Positions 37,398-50,811 of a stretch of 64,000 nt of DNA are shown one piece after another. The notes beneath the pieces were generated by a model. It did no database searches and was not told where the DNA came from. It saw nothing but the letters and a program-made list of their open reading frames with translations. The DNA is taken from contig JBLDXI010000042.1 of assembly GCA_047495785.1 (NCBI GenBank), forward strand, positions 1,550,001 to 1,614,000. Direction: 5' to 3'. The number at the start of each line of letters is the position of its first letter. The stretch's first letter is position 1. This stretch comes from Lepidodermella squamata. Lineage: Eukaryota; Animalia; Gastrotricha. A program made the translations under genes and the position numbers.

Positions 37398-39893
37398 GTA
37401 TTTTCTTCATTTTGCATATAAACAAATTGGTACGAAAGATTGTTGTTTTAAAAGGGCACGCAGGCCGCAGGCCGCCAACTTAGAACCAATTAGATTCATT
37501 AGATCAATACAATATAATGAAGTATGTTTGGTAGCTTGACATTTTCGGAATACATTTTATTACAGCAATTTATTGCTCTAGAATAACCGCAACATGATTA
37601 GTTTCATATAGATAGCCGGCCGGATATTGGAAATCTCCGGGCTATCTATCAATATTGCCAGCTTACGTGATATCTGAGAATACCTACTACAATTCTTTGC
37701 CGATTTTCTGGCAATTTTTGACGATTTTTCTACAGAAATAGCTGCTTGATGCTTCACACAAGAGCGGATATTCATTCGCCTCTTTATCCGCCTCGTTATT
37801 CGTTATTATCCTAGCAGCTGGTTTGGCTTTGCTTTGCAGATACCTATTATCGCCTCGGGCTGAGTAGAGAAAAAATTGCGCAATATTTTGAAAGTTTTCA
37901 TCTGCGGGTCAGATAATAAAAATAAACGTCAGTTTCAACTTCTTAGTGACAGTTTCCAGATTTTCGAGGACAAATGTACGGATTTGTGTCGTTTTCGATG
38001 TTAAGGCGGCAATTTCTACAGTGACAATCAAAAGATCCGCACGGTGGAATTGAGGCGACGCTAGTTTAAGTTTTTCGCACGTGCGAATTAAGGCTGTTTG
38101 CTGTTTATCTTATTCTAGAGCGAAAAGCTGAGCGTGGACGAAAAACTTATGCAAAAAGATTCGGCTGGAATCCCTGGGATGAAGGCCAGGAAATCTTCTT
38201 GCTATATATTTCGGGTTAAAAAGGTCGAGAAAAGAAAATGAAGAAGAATTTAATGTCACAAATTCCTAGACCATGGAGAATCTTATTCTTGGAAAAAAAT
38301 TCTTCTGACTCTTGGAATAGTAAGCGAACTGAAATAAATTGTTTGGGGCCCGAGTCTGAATTCTGCCCGTAGGCGCTCCGGCCGGCTCGTACGCTTTAAA
38401 ACATGCCAGTATGCGACATCGCATGCGGGCCTGTTGGCCTGAGCACGTCGGAAAACAATGGGAACCAGCGCTCGGGCCTCCGGAATCGGGTGGCCGGGCT
38501 TAGGCAATCCTACAACTGGCAAGCGCCTAACATAGCCATTGTTCCCATTGTTCTCCGCGGTGCTCGGGCTGACGCCTTGAGTAGTGACACCGTGAGTGGT
38601 GGAGCGGAATTTGTTGAAATTCGTTTAATTTGTGATTAACGTCGCACACGGGCACGCTTGGACCTACCCGAGCGCGGAGTGGTAAAGTGCTCAAGTACCT
38701 GATACCGAAAAGCCTCACGTCCGCTGTTTCAGCAATCCGGATCGAGCTTTTGCTGGCTGCCGTCTCAGCTCAACTGGCTGCTCGGCCAGCAACGAAACAC
38801 GAGAATCTGCCCCCAAGCCCTAATCTCGATCAGGCTAGCTGTCTTCGAGGCGTGAGTTGATCCCAACATTGCCGCCTTCATTTCATTTCGATCCTCAATT
38901 TCAGGCGGCAGCTCTATGTGATTCTAATGGAGCAAAGATTTGCGTAGACGAGCTTGTCCAGCAGGATCTAACAGGGTAAAACCCTTGTTGTAATTCTTAC
39001 AAGTAAGTTGAGGCCTTTCTTTTTCGATTCAAGGTCAAAATTTACGCCAATTCGACTTTCCAACCAATTATGTTGATTGCTTATCGGATCTAAATTCAAA
39101 TTCGGTTTGTTTTATTTTTTTGTGTTCACTTAAAAGGGAAGTTTCCTTCTTTTGTTTGGATCTTTTACTTTTGCCCTCTAGGCTGCCTATTCACGCTGCC
39201 TCGGGCCCAAGGGCGTGGTAACGTGTCGATCCTGTGCGAGACTTACAGCTGATTTCGAGCGAAAAATGAAATTCAATTACTGCTGACTTCATTTTGGAAA
39301 TAAGTACTGTTTATTAGGCTCTATGTTGAACGCATCTGATAAGCTTTAGTATTTTACCTTTCCGTTCGGTTAAAAGAAGTAAAAAGAATTGAATGAAATG
39401 TTGGACAGGAGATTTTTTCCAAGGTGTAGCTCATCTTGGAAAGTCGCCTTTGCAAGCAATGGAATCAACTATACCCAAGAATGCCAAAATGCCATGAACA
39501 ACGAAAAAGAATGAAGTAGGACCGAAGTGAAGGACAGGGCTAGTCAGTATAGTCTCATCCTGAGAATGCAGGCACTCTTTTTTCATTTGACTGCGTTAAC
39601 CAGCGAAAAGTGGGGTTTCACGAATGTTCTGAACTTTCGAGCAAATCTCAATATGTTTGCTGACTTGAAGAGGGCGACTCTTGGATTCCAACATGCCCTC
39701 TAGAAAGGGACCTCTAGAAAACTTCCGCCCTCCAAAGGGCCACCAAAGTTTTGCCCGAAAAGCTTACAGATTTTTCCAAAACTGGCGGGAAAAGTTTACT
39801 CCCAATAAATATCATCATTTTCCTAACAGATTAACACAGTTTAAAGGTTCAAGAGGCAATAAAAGCCGAAGCTCTTTCTATAGATTCACGGGT

Positions 39894-42454
39894 TCAACAT
39901 TCATACAAAGCTACAATGCTATCAATATTCGCATAATAATCGGCTTCATTTGTCATAGTGATGTCAACATATTCGATTAATTTGCCATCAACCGCGGAAC
40001 AGGGCACATTCTTGCGGCTATCAACAGGCGGAGAGGCAATCAAGTGATTGAAGCCTTTAACTGGTATGACGGAGAACAAATCGTAGGATGGACCATTTTC
40101 CATGTGTAACTTGACCTTAGCCGTGAGGTTAAATTCTTTATGAAATAGGGCATTGCTAGGGCGAACAGACAAGCCGAAACGAGGCAGATAGCAGCATTCG
40201 CCATTTATCGAACCAGGGCAGCAGTTTTTGATTCGATGAGTAAAATTCGTTAGCTTCCAGTTAACAGGATTGTTTTTCAGCAATTTATGCTGCGACATCC
40301 AATCATATTTCTCGGTATATTTCCCAGGCTTGAGTCTCGTATTTCGCCGACCATTGAATTCATCGAAAGAAAGGAAACAATCAACCCGAACCGCTGGGTT
40401 ACCACTTTGAATATCTATCACAGCCGATGGCCCGTTTGCAACAGCCAGCAAAAGCGATTTTTTGATGAAATTGACCAAATACTCGGCCACCATTAAATGA
40501 GCCTGAACACCAGGGTGTAATCTGTCGTTCGGGGATATGTATGTACCTTGTAAAAACGAGAGAAATAGAGTCACTAAAAGAATTCAGTAATTTGTTTACT
40601 GAAAAGTTGTTGTTTGAACTGTTCCGATGCATCGGTTATATTCCACCAAAATTCTTCGTTATTCGCAACACCAATTGTACCAACGAGGGGGATGTCATAC
40701 TTTAGAGCAGCTTGCTTATTCGTTTCAAACATAGGACTATTCATTGTTGGTTTGTTGTAAAAAACTCTTCTCGTATCTGGAAAATCAAGTAGGATTAATT
40801 GAACGTTCGGATTGCGTTCGAGCAGCGAATCTATCATCAAATCGATATGTCTCGTCGTGGGGTTGTTGAGCAGTTGGTCCATGTTGAGCGATTCTTGAAT
40901 AATGACCACGTCAAAATCAGCGACGTCCAACAGCTCTTGGTGGCAGTAGGCGAAATACAAGCTATATATGAGAGTTTGATTTTTTATGAAGACGTTGAAA
41001 GCATACAGTCTGCAGTACCTAGGTGTAGCTCCGGCTGCCCAATTCTCGCACAGCAACTCGGCACCACATTGTTTCAAGGTATTTTGTAGCCAGGTGCAGA
41101 ACAAGTAAAAGGCATTTTCATCCTACAAAAATTAAAGGCATAAAGTGAATTCAGTACCAAATTATTCCAATCAGTTCTAAGTCCCCAATTTTAAGACCCA
41201 GCCTCTCACCCTAACCTTGGGGAAAACTTTTTTCGTACGACCAATGTCTTTTTTTATCCGACCAACGTCTTATTTCATTCGACAATCCAAAATGAGACTA
41301 AAACCTGCCGAATTGCTTTTTCATATTTTCAAAAAATTACAGTAAAAAGATGACCAATCGGATCACCATAAATCTTTCACCATACAATACTGCCGGTCCA
41401 GAACCGAAATGGGGCGCATAAAAGGGGTATGCACCTACGGAAAAATAGAACTCGGGAAATTCGAGAATATTTGCATGTCGGATGATTTTAGTCTCATGTT
41501 TGGTTGTCGGATAAAAAAGACATTGGTCGGATGAAAAAGTCAACATTTTCAACATTAACCCCTAACCCTAACCCTAACCTGTTAAATAACCAAATACTAG
41601 TTAGGAATTGAATTCAATGAAATTCAATCTAATCAAATCATCGAAGTTTGTCAAAAATCTTGGGAAAATACAATTACTGATAATATAGCGTGAATTTTGA
41701 TAATATGCGAGATTGCCAAAGATGTTTGCGGCTTTTGCGGGTAAAATTCGTATATTAAAATCAATAACCAGAAAATCACTCAAATTGGGGAGATATTAAA
41801 ACGAGCTTTTCGGTTATGAAATCTCCTCAGTAAGGGCCCTGTGAGTATCCTAATTCACCGATATTCAAAATCTATCTGAATGCATGCTCAAATAACTAAA
41901 AAATTACTAATTTATTTGCTAAAAGCTTGAATTGAGGTTTTTTATCAACCCAATTAGAGGGATTTTTTTCTAGTAATCGAATCAAAAGGCGGACCAGCCT
42001 TAATAAATTATTTAATATCTGAATATGAGAAATTATCGTATCAATTACATAAAATTCTGATTTATTTCGATCAATTTGAACGAAGAATTAAAGGAAAAAT
42101 TACCGGTTGAATAGCATGAGGTACAGATGTTGATTCGCCAAGCAGAGCGACCTTCAGTTTCGGCGGTTTCGTTGGGTCCTTTAGCGCTGCCGCAAGCCGC
42201 GAGAGCGCTGATTGAATGCGAGAAACATCGCCCAAATTTCGAATTGACAGCTCGTAAAATTGGCTGTAAATTGAGCTGAACGGCGAAGTTGAGACGTTCC
42301 TAAAAAGCTCGGCTTCAGTTACTGATAGTGAGCTACGGCCGTTGTAAAATATTGGTCGCCTGTCGATGACGCTTGCGGGAAAGTAAAACGCCGAAAGAAG
42401 AATGAGTACAATGCATGCAGATGCTAAGAAAAAATGACAGTTTTTAGCCATCAT
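39894..42454 (-). CDS. SGNH/GDSL-superfamily hydrolase with N-terminal membrane anchor (4 exons)
   Basis: N-terminal hydrophobic segment. Block I VALLGES, block II NWAAGA, block III DVVIIQESLN, block V DRLHP. Introns at ~42103-41123, ~41018-40963 and ~40598-40548. Confidence 0.75.
41180..41790. mobile_element. MITE-like intronic insert with internal inverted repeat and CCCTAA tracts
   Basis: TCCCCAATT / AATTGGGGA ends; 41238-41262 inverted to 41506-41529; (CCCTAA)3 at ~41558-41580. Confidence 0.5.
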
Positions 42455-42910
42455 CTTTCGAAATGAGTGGATTTTTTGGATTTTGAGTAGATGAGTACAT
42501 AGTAGATAAAAGTTAATAATAAAAAAAACCGGTGTTATGAATGAAAAATCACGAGCGAATTTACGTTACTATAAAAAAAACCAGCTCATTAGAGAATGAT
42601 TTTTCGTTTTTTTTGGGGTATTTTCAACAGTCAACAGTCAACAGAGAAACTTATTTGAAAGTCAGAAACTTAACAGAGAAAGTCATTAGTTCATGATCCA
42701 AAAGTATCATCAATTATCAAGCCAGGTCTAATTGATGAAGATGATCTTCAATCGAATTTCAAAAATACCAGCTGAACTTTGAACTATAAATCAGAATCAG
42801 ATCAGAATCGAAACGCGTAATATTTCCAAAATTAAATTATTTGAATTTATTAGAAACTTTGGCCATCAATAAGGTAATAGTTTCTTCCAGATGGGAATAT
42901 CGTTATCTGG

Positions 42911-43839
42911 TCACGATTGAGCTGTCGCTGTTGTTGATATCCAGCCAATAACGTCGCAAACTCTTGCGTAAATCACCGGGCGATGTTGCCTCGAATTATC
43001 GCTACAACCATCCGGGCCATGCGAAGTTACGCCGTAGACGTAGTACTTCTTCGTCACGCCATGCCAGCAAAACAACGGCGCCCCAGAATCGCCCTTGCAC
43101 GTACTCAGCCGCGAAATCCCAACGCCACATAGTTTCGCCTTGGTAAATGGTGCCCTGGAGTAAGCAGCTTCGCATAACGAGTAAGAAACCCGGGCCACAT
43201 TGATCCGTTTCAAAACTTGTCCATCTTTGTTAATAGGATCTTTGATATCGCCCCAAGAAACTGTAACGCCATCAGTTATACACCCATCCGTGATTATTGA
43301 CTGGCTTCTTAGATTCGAACTGTTATGGCATGTCCACGGCAGGGGAAGACCGATTGGTTGAACTTGTTTGGTGAGCCCGGGAACCCTTTCCAGCTCAATC
43401 AGGGCGAAGTCGTAGTCGATGGTTGTAGCATTGAACTTGGGATGGACTACAACTCGTTTTGAGTTGATGATTTGCTGATATGGTTCAATGATATTGGCGT
43501 AAGTCAAATCATGGCGGCCTAATTCGATTCGCAAATTAGCTCTGTATGAAAAATTAAAAAAAAAATTTGGAAACAAAAATTACGAAACCACTCACCGATT
43601 TGAATTAAGGCAAAGAGCTGATGTTAGGACCCATTTTTCTGTTATCAACGATCCGACACAAGACACGCTCGGCTTGTTCTTTGGAACGATCCTGACCTGT
43701 GAACAAAAAGAAAAGTTTGGATTTTTCAAAACATTTTTGAAAAACTTACTATCCATGGGAACTCATTAGGCTGAGTTGCGATCTGACAAGACGCCAAATC
43801 GATTAGAAGTAAGAACACCGCAAAATAATGAACCTTCAT
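42911..43839 (-). CDS. Secreted trypsin-like serine protease homolog (His->Leu), 3 exons
   Basis: MKVHYFAVFLLLIDLASC; FPWI|VRI...CVGSLITEKWVLTSALC; DYDFALIEL; GDSGAP; IYARV. Confidence 0.85.
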
Positions 43840-44161
43840 AGTTAGCTTAAATCCACAGATGTATTTTTGAAAATTGCACCGGCTGAGTCTTAAAAGTAGA
43901 ATGTAGCAAACCTTTGCACTTAAAGGCTATTGTTTAAAGTCGCAACAGAGTCAATTTATTGTTGAAAAATTTCTCACTCATTAAAATTGTAAGCGTGGGA
44001 ATTATTTTTAGATAAATAATAAAATTCATTAATTATTAAAGGAGCGATGAGTCATCATGAATTTATTAAAACTGATTTTTCTGATTAATATATTAATGAA
44101 GTGAATTTTCCAGGGGAAACTATTTTTTACAGTAATTATTCGTGATTTGTTCCGATAAAAC

Positions 44162-46510
44162 ATGGAATCTAAAATATCTCCCAGTGATAAACTAGTATCG
44201 AGTAAAGACGTAGTCAAAGGCTTCAGACTTCAGAATAATTCATTTTACACTCAAGATAATTGGTGTCCTCCCTCACTGGCCTGAACCTAACTGCGAATTC
44301 TCGCCAAGCTCGAAATGCTACAAGGCCTACGTCATTGTCATGCTGATAGTCACCTGGCTATGGGCTCTTAAAATCTATTCGATTTTTTGGCTGATCGAAG
44401 TTAATAAAACACCGATTGGCTATTTGTTGTACATTATCACGATCAGCTCATATGTAGTAGTCATGGCCATAATTCGAACTTGCTTGGTCATTGGGTCATG
44501 GCGAGGAAAATTTCAAAAGATTTTCGACATCTCAGAACCAGAGCTAAGCATTTTCCGCCTTGAACCGGCTAAGCTGAACAAAGTCACGAAATTCCGTACT
44601 GTCTATCTGATTTTTACCGGTGTTTGCTTGTGCTGCTGTGCGATCGTAAACATGGGGTTCCTGTCATTCATGGCTGCAAAGGACAAGTCAGATTTTGGCG
44701 AGACATTTTCGCCTTTTCCGTACTTGATCAAGGACGATGAAGTTTGGCGCTGTGCAGTGCCCTTTCTCAACTTGTTTGGAGCTTTTGTCGGCGATGGCGG
44801 GGCAATCATCAGCATAGGCCTAATGTGCACTTAGAGATGTTCCGGTTCCATTTTTAATCTGTCCGGTTCGGTTCGGTTCGGTTCCATACTTTTTGAGGTG
44901 TAACCCGGTTTTTTCGGTTTAACCGGCGGTTAACCGCGGGTTCCACTATTTAAGATGGAATCGATTATTCATAATTAATAACCAATAATCGATAATCGAT
45001 ACTCGATAATCCGTTGCTCAGACAAAGAAAAAAACGGTCCCAGCGTCTTCAGCGTGAAATTCTACCCCGGACTACAAATTTTTAGCATTGTTGGACAATT
45101 GGAACCCGAGATATCGTAAAATCAGTGTTACTTCCGATCCCAATTAAGTTAGCGGAAAATTTGCTTTGTACCGCAATTTTCAAAGAAGAACGGCAAAACC
45201 GCTTCCTTTCATGTCGAAATCCCCCTTAGAAACCCCGGCGGGGTAAAATTGGGACGAGGACTCTGAATCTTTTTTCAGAATTTTTATAGCTATCATGGTT
45301 ATCGAGATAATTAGGGGTCATAAATTATTTTATTGCTTTATTGCCGGGATGCTCTGAATTTTATTTTTTTCACAAATACCTTTTGTGATACATCGTCTAG
45401 ACCAAAATTTCACGAGGAATCGAATGGCAGCGTTAGTTTTGTTGTGGCGAACATTGGTGAAAAGGAATTAACGGTTAAATTGATGCAAAAATCCAATTTT
45501 CCAAAAAAATATTTTATCCTTTTTCTACCCGCATGGTCACCTCCATTAATTGAATCAAGCTGAAAGTGTTAGCACTGAATAATGCAGGTGTAACACATAC
45601 AGTAAAAACTTGGAATATCTACGGTGGAAAACACAAATTTTAGCTGGTTCAGCTATGTATAGCCAAAACGCGAACCGGCGGTTAACCGGCGGTTTTTGAA
45701 GCTGGAAAAAAATGGAACCGGGCGGTTTCGGTTCCGAAAAACCGGGTTCAACCCGGTTAGAACCGGCGGTTATTTGGAACCGGAACATCTCTATGTGCAC
45801 TTTCGTGCTAGTCATCGCCGCAAAATTCAAAATTTTCGTAGAGAAAATATCCGAACTCGCGACGGCTGATTCATCAACCCGCAAAGAAAGCGAGTTGTTC
45901 GAGCAGCTACGATATAGGCATCTTTCGTTAGCGAGGGCTGCCCGTCATTTGGACCGAGATCTTAGGTGGGCAATTATGGCTTGTTCAGGCTACGGATTCA
46001 TCGGAACTCTCATAAATTTGTATCGCGCGGCTTTTGCGAGCGTCACTGCGGACCAGGCGGACGAAGCATCGTCGAAAGCCCTTCAATTCATCTGGGCTAT
46101 CTTTTGCTTATCGGCTCTACTCATTTGCGTCATCCCATCAGCAATTCTTTCGCATTGCGCTGATGAGGTGAGGGAGAAACTGTTCAAAATGCGGGTGAAA
46201 TCGACGGACGTTGAGACGAATACGCAATTGACGATGCTCATCCTAAGTCAAGTTGCCACAGAACAGGTTTGCCTGACAATCGGAGGCGTCATGTCGCTGA
46301 AAAAGGAAACTATCGGAGCGGTAAGATTATATTCCCTGGTTTGAATGATCTCGTGACATTTTCGCGTTGTAGCTTTTCGCAGGTTTCCTGACGTATTTCC
46401 TGATTCTAATCGATTACACCTCTGGAGAGAAAAGCCGCCAACAAATCACCTCAGCTCTGGTCAACAATCCAGTTGCAAACATTTCCAACATCACAACCGG
46501 TGGAGCTTAG
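44162..46510 (+). pseudogene. Gustatory receptor-like (7TM GR/Grl) pseudogene, copy 1
   Basis: Paralog of 47121 and 49255. A 7-bp duplication (CTTCAGA x2, 44221-44234) shifts the frame, and a hAT element is inserted at 44832-45793. Confidence 0.85.
44832..45793. mobile_element. hAT non-autonomous element
   Basis: TIR TAGAGATGTTCCGGTTCCA / TGGAACCGGAACATCTCTA; perfect 8-bp TSD TGTGCACT; subterminal AACCG repeats. Confidence 0.95.
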
Positions 46511-47120
46511 GACCATGATGTTTAATAAGGATAACCACGCTTTTTAACTCACTCACCTCGTTGGTTAGAACATGATCTCCGAGTGGCGATTGAGCGATTG
46601 AGACTGACCCAAAATCGTTGAATGTGTACTTTTTTGGCATTATTCAATAAAAAGACATGAATCGAAAGCAAACACCATGTTTATGTACATACATACCTTT
46701 CCCCAATTCTACAAAAGGATCTGTCAACTGTCGACTCAGGCATTCGGAAGCCGGGATGCTTAGCTGACAGCTTACGATACGAAGTAACCAAGAACTGAAC
46801 AATCACGTTTTTTTGGGATGAGGCGAGCTTGTAAGACCCCAAAAGTGAGCTGCCTTGAAAGGACAAAGCCAGTTGCCCGACTCACTCGTCAGAATTAAAA
46901 GTAACATGTAAGTCACAAATTCCTCATCCATAATAATTGGAATAAGCGTTGGTATTATTTGAAAAATAAAATCAATGTTTTAATTATTGACAGGGAAATG
47001 ATTCATAGCGCATTGATTAATAAATCTAATTTTTCGGTTAATGTATTAATGAAGTGAATTTTCCATGGGAAAAAACTGCTGTTTTACAGTGTAATTATTC
47101 GTGTTTTTTTCCGATAAAAC

Positions 47121-48484
47121 ATGGAATCTAAAGTTTCTCCCAGTGATAAGCTAGTATCGAGCAAAGACGTAGTCAAAGGCTTCAGAATTATCCATTTTAC
47201 CCTGAAGGCCATCGGCATTCTTCCTAATTGGCCTGAACCCAACTGTGAATATTCTCCAAGTTCGAAATGCTACAAAGCCTACGTCATAGTCATGCTGATA
47301 ATCAGCTGGCTGTGGGCTCTGAGAATTTACTCGATCTTTTGGCTGATCGAGGTTGAAAAAACACCAATTGGAGATTTTTTGTATCTAATCTCTATCACAT
47401 CCTATGTAATTGTGATGGCCGCGATTCGCACCTGCTTGGTCATCGGATCGTGGCGAGGAAAATTTCAAAAAATCTTCGAACTCTCAGAACCAGAGCTGAC
47501 AAGCATTTTCCGTCTTGAACCAGCCAAATTGAGCAAAGTCACGAAATTCCGTACTGCTTATCTAATTTTCGCCGGTATCAGCTTGTACTGCTGTGTGATC
47601 TTGAACATGGGCTATATCTCATTCACGGCTGCAAAGGACAAGTCAGATTTTGGCGAGCCTTTTTCGCCTTTTCACATCCTGATCAAAGACGATGAAGTTT
47701 GGCGTCATACCGTGCCTTTTCTCACTTTTTTCGGAACTATTGTCAACGACGGCGGGGCGATTTTCTGCTTAGGACTCATGTGCACTTTTGTGTTAGTCGT
47801 CGCCGCAAAATTCAAGATTTTCGTCAGGCAAATTTCTGAACTCGCGACGGCTGATTCATCAAGCCGCAAAGAAAGCGAGTTGTTCGAACTCATACGAGAT
47901 AGACATCTTTCGTTAGTAAGGGCGACCCGGCATTTGGACCGTGATCTTAGGTGGGCAATAATGGCTTGTTCAAGCTACGGCTTTCTCGGAACTCTCGTCA
48001 ATTTGTATCGAGCAGCTTTCGCCACTATGTCTGTGGATGAGGCGTCGTCGAAAGCTCTTCATTTCATATGGACTCTATTTTGCTTATCGGCTCTACTCAT
48101 TTTCATTATACCCTCGGCGATTCTATCGCATTGCGCTGATGAGGTGAGAGAGAAACTGTTCAAGTTGAAGGTGAAATCGAAGGACGCTGAGACTACTACG
48201 CAAGTGACGCTGCTTCTTAGTCAAGTTACAACGGAACAGGTTTGCCTGTCGATTGGAGGCGTAATGTCGCTGAAGAAGGAAACTATCGGAGCGGTAAGAT
48301 TATGATTTTAGCCAAAGTGTTTTTAATACAATTTGGTTTGTTCTAGCTTTTCGCAGGCTTCCTGACCTATTTCCTTATCCTTATCGATTACACATCTGGA
48401 GAGAAAAGCCGCCAACAAATCACCTCAGCTCTGGTCAATAATCCAGTTGCAAACAATTCCAACATGACATTGGGCGGAGCTTAG
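47121..48484 (+). CDS. Gustatory receptor-like 7TM chemoreceptor, copy 2
   Basis: Seven hydrophobic segments. C-terminal LSIGGVMSL...|LFAGFLTYFLILI (GR TYxxhhh motif). Phase-0 intron 48294-48346 before the last TM. Confidence 0.85.
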
Positions 48485-49254
48485 AACTACCATGTATACT
48501 AAGGTTGAACAAGCTCTAAAACTAATTCGTTTTGTTGATTAGGAAATATTCTGTGTGTAACTTCTGGGATTGAGAGTGACCCAAACTTAGTGAACCTAAC
48601 ACAATTTTGGGCATTACCATTTCGGAGCATTCAATAAATCGACTTGAATTGAGAGTTAACGTTAGATACTGTAAAATGACCTATGGACTAATCAGGAACT
48701 AACCACGAACTAACCTATCAGGATTCTAGGGAATTGAGTGAGCTCATTTCAAAAGACCCCATGCCAAGCTGACTGGTAAATTTTGAAGTTTTAATTATTA
48801 AAAAAAGTCGAATGGAACCCCGTCATTTGAATTTTGTAGGCTGCAAAATATTTAGAATATTCATGAGCAGAATTTCTATAACGTCTTTTTCTCAGCCGCC
48901 TGTGATCCTTAGCATTTTCATCCCCATAGTAAACCCAAACCTTCGATGTGGGTGTAAAAAAAATCAATGAAAATACATCAACCTGGGCCGTTTGCAATAG
49001 AATAAGATCTTGCTGTGATTCAACTGTGATTCAACGTATTTTCGAAAATTAAAAATTCCTCAACCGTTATAATGGGAATAAGCGTGGGAATTATTCAAAA
49101 AAATAGAAGCTATATATAAATTATTGAATGGTAAATGATTAATCATGAAATGATGAAAAAACGATTACTGTTGTTGAATTAATAATTAAATTTTTCAGGG
49201 GAACAAAAAACGGCTGTATCACAATAATAAGGCTTGCTATTTTTCCGATAAAAC

Positions 49255-50622
49255 ATGGAATCTAAAATATCTCCTAGTGATAAGCTAGTATCGAGTAAAG
49301 ACGTAGTCAGAGGCTTCAAAATACTTCACTTTACCCTGAAGGCCATCGGCACGCTCCCTAATTGGCCTGAACCAAACTGCGAATTCTCGCTAAGCTCGAA
49401 ATGCTACAAAGCCTACGTCATAGTCATGCTGATTATCACATGGCTATGGGCTCTGAGGGTCTACTCGATTTTTTGGCTGATCGATGTCGATAAAACACCA
49501 ATCGGCGATTTTTTATACCTATTCACCATTTGCTCCTTCGCAGTTGCGATGGCTACGATTCGCACCTGCATGGTCATATCATCGTGGCGAGGAAAATTTC
49601 AAAAAATATTGAACTTTGCTGAACCGGGGGTCGCAAGTATTTTTCAGCTGGAACCAGCCAAATTGAGCAAAATCACGAAATTCCGTGCTGCTTTCCTGAT
49701 CTTCGCCGGTATTATGTTGTACTGCTGTGTTATCTTGAACATGATTTTCGCCTCTTATATGGCCTCGGAGGACAAGTTGGATTTCGGCACGCCGTTTTCA
49801 CCTTTTCATTACTTGATCAAAAACGACCAAGTCTGGCATTACACTGTGCCCATTCTCATCGTTTTTTCCGCTGTCGTAAATGACTGCGGGGCAATTATCT
49901 GCATAGGACTTATGTGCAGTTTCGTGCTATTCGTCGCTGCGAAATTCAAAATTTTCGCTCAGCAAATCGCTAAATTAGCGAAAACTAATGCAGCCGCTCA
50001 AAATGATGCCGAATTTTTTGAGCTGTTGCGAGAGAGGCATCTGTCCTTACTTAAAGCCGCGCGGCATTTGGACCGAGACCTTCGTTTATCGATCATCGCT
50101 TGTTCTTGCTACGGCTTCATCGGGACTCTCGTCAATTTGTATCGCGCAGCTTTTGCCAGCGTTTCTGTGGATGAAGCTTCGTCGAAAGCTCTGCAATTCA
50201 TCTGGGCTTGCTTTTGCCTGGCATCTCTACTCATTTTCGTTATACCCTCAGCGATTCTGTCACATTGCGCTGATGAGGTGAGGGAAAAGCTGTTCAAATT
50301 GCGTGTAAAATCGAAGGACATTGAGACGAATACTCAATTGACGATGCTTCTCAGTCAAGTCACAACCGAGCAGGTTTGCCTGTCCATTGGAGGGGTAATG
50401 TCTTTGAAGAAGGAAACTATTGGAGCGGTAAGACTCTGATTTAAGCTGAATTCCTATTCATTTATAATTTCTTTTTCCCCTCAGCTTTTTGCAGGTTTCC
50501 TTACCTATTTCCTTATTCTCATCGATTACACTTCGGGTGAGAAAAGCCGACAGCAAAACGCATGTGGTCTGTCCTATAACCAAGTGACAAACATTTCTAA
50601 TATCACAATGGGCGGAGCTTAG
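49255..50622 (+). CDS. Gustatory receptor-like 7TM chemoreceptor, copy 3
   Basis: Same structure as copy 2; intron 50428-50484. Confidence 0.85.
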
Positions 50623-50811
50623 TACTCATCATCAACACGAAATTCAAAAAGTTGCCAAAATATGTTTCCTATAAGAACTAGTGGATATTCAGTCGGCAGG
50701 TTTTCCAGGCTTCGCATGGGGCAATGACAGCATTTTTTTCTTTTTTATTGTATCTATGATGTCTAAATAAAACAAAATTTTATTCGAGTTACAGAATGTC
50801 TCTTTCCCGCT

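Noticed and set aside
38254-39222. Possible solo LTR (TGTCACA...GGTAACG; GC-rich, internal inverted repeat at ~38449/38557)
   Set aside because: No CA end, TSD, PBS or gag/pol evidence.
45712-45793. N-terminus of the 210-aa ORF (MEPGGFGSEK...)
   Set aside because: Derived from the hAT terminal sequence, not from the receptor.
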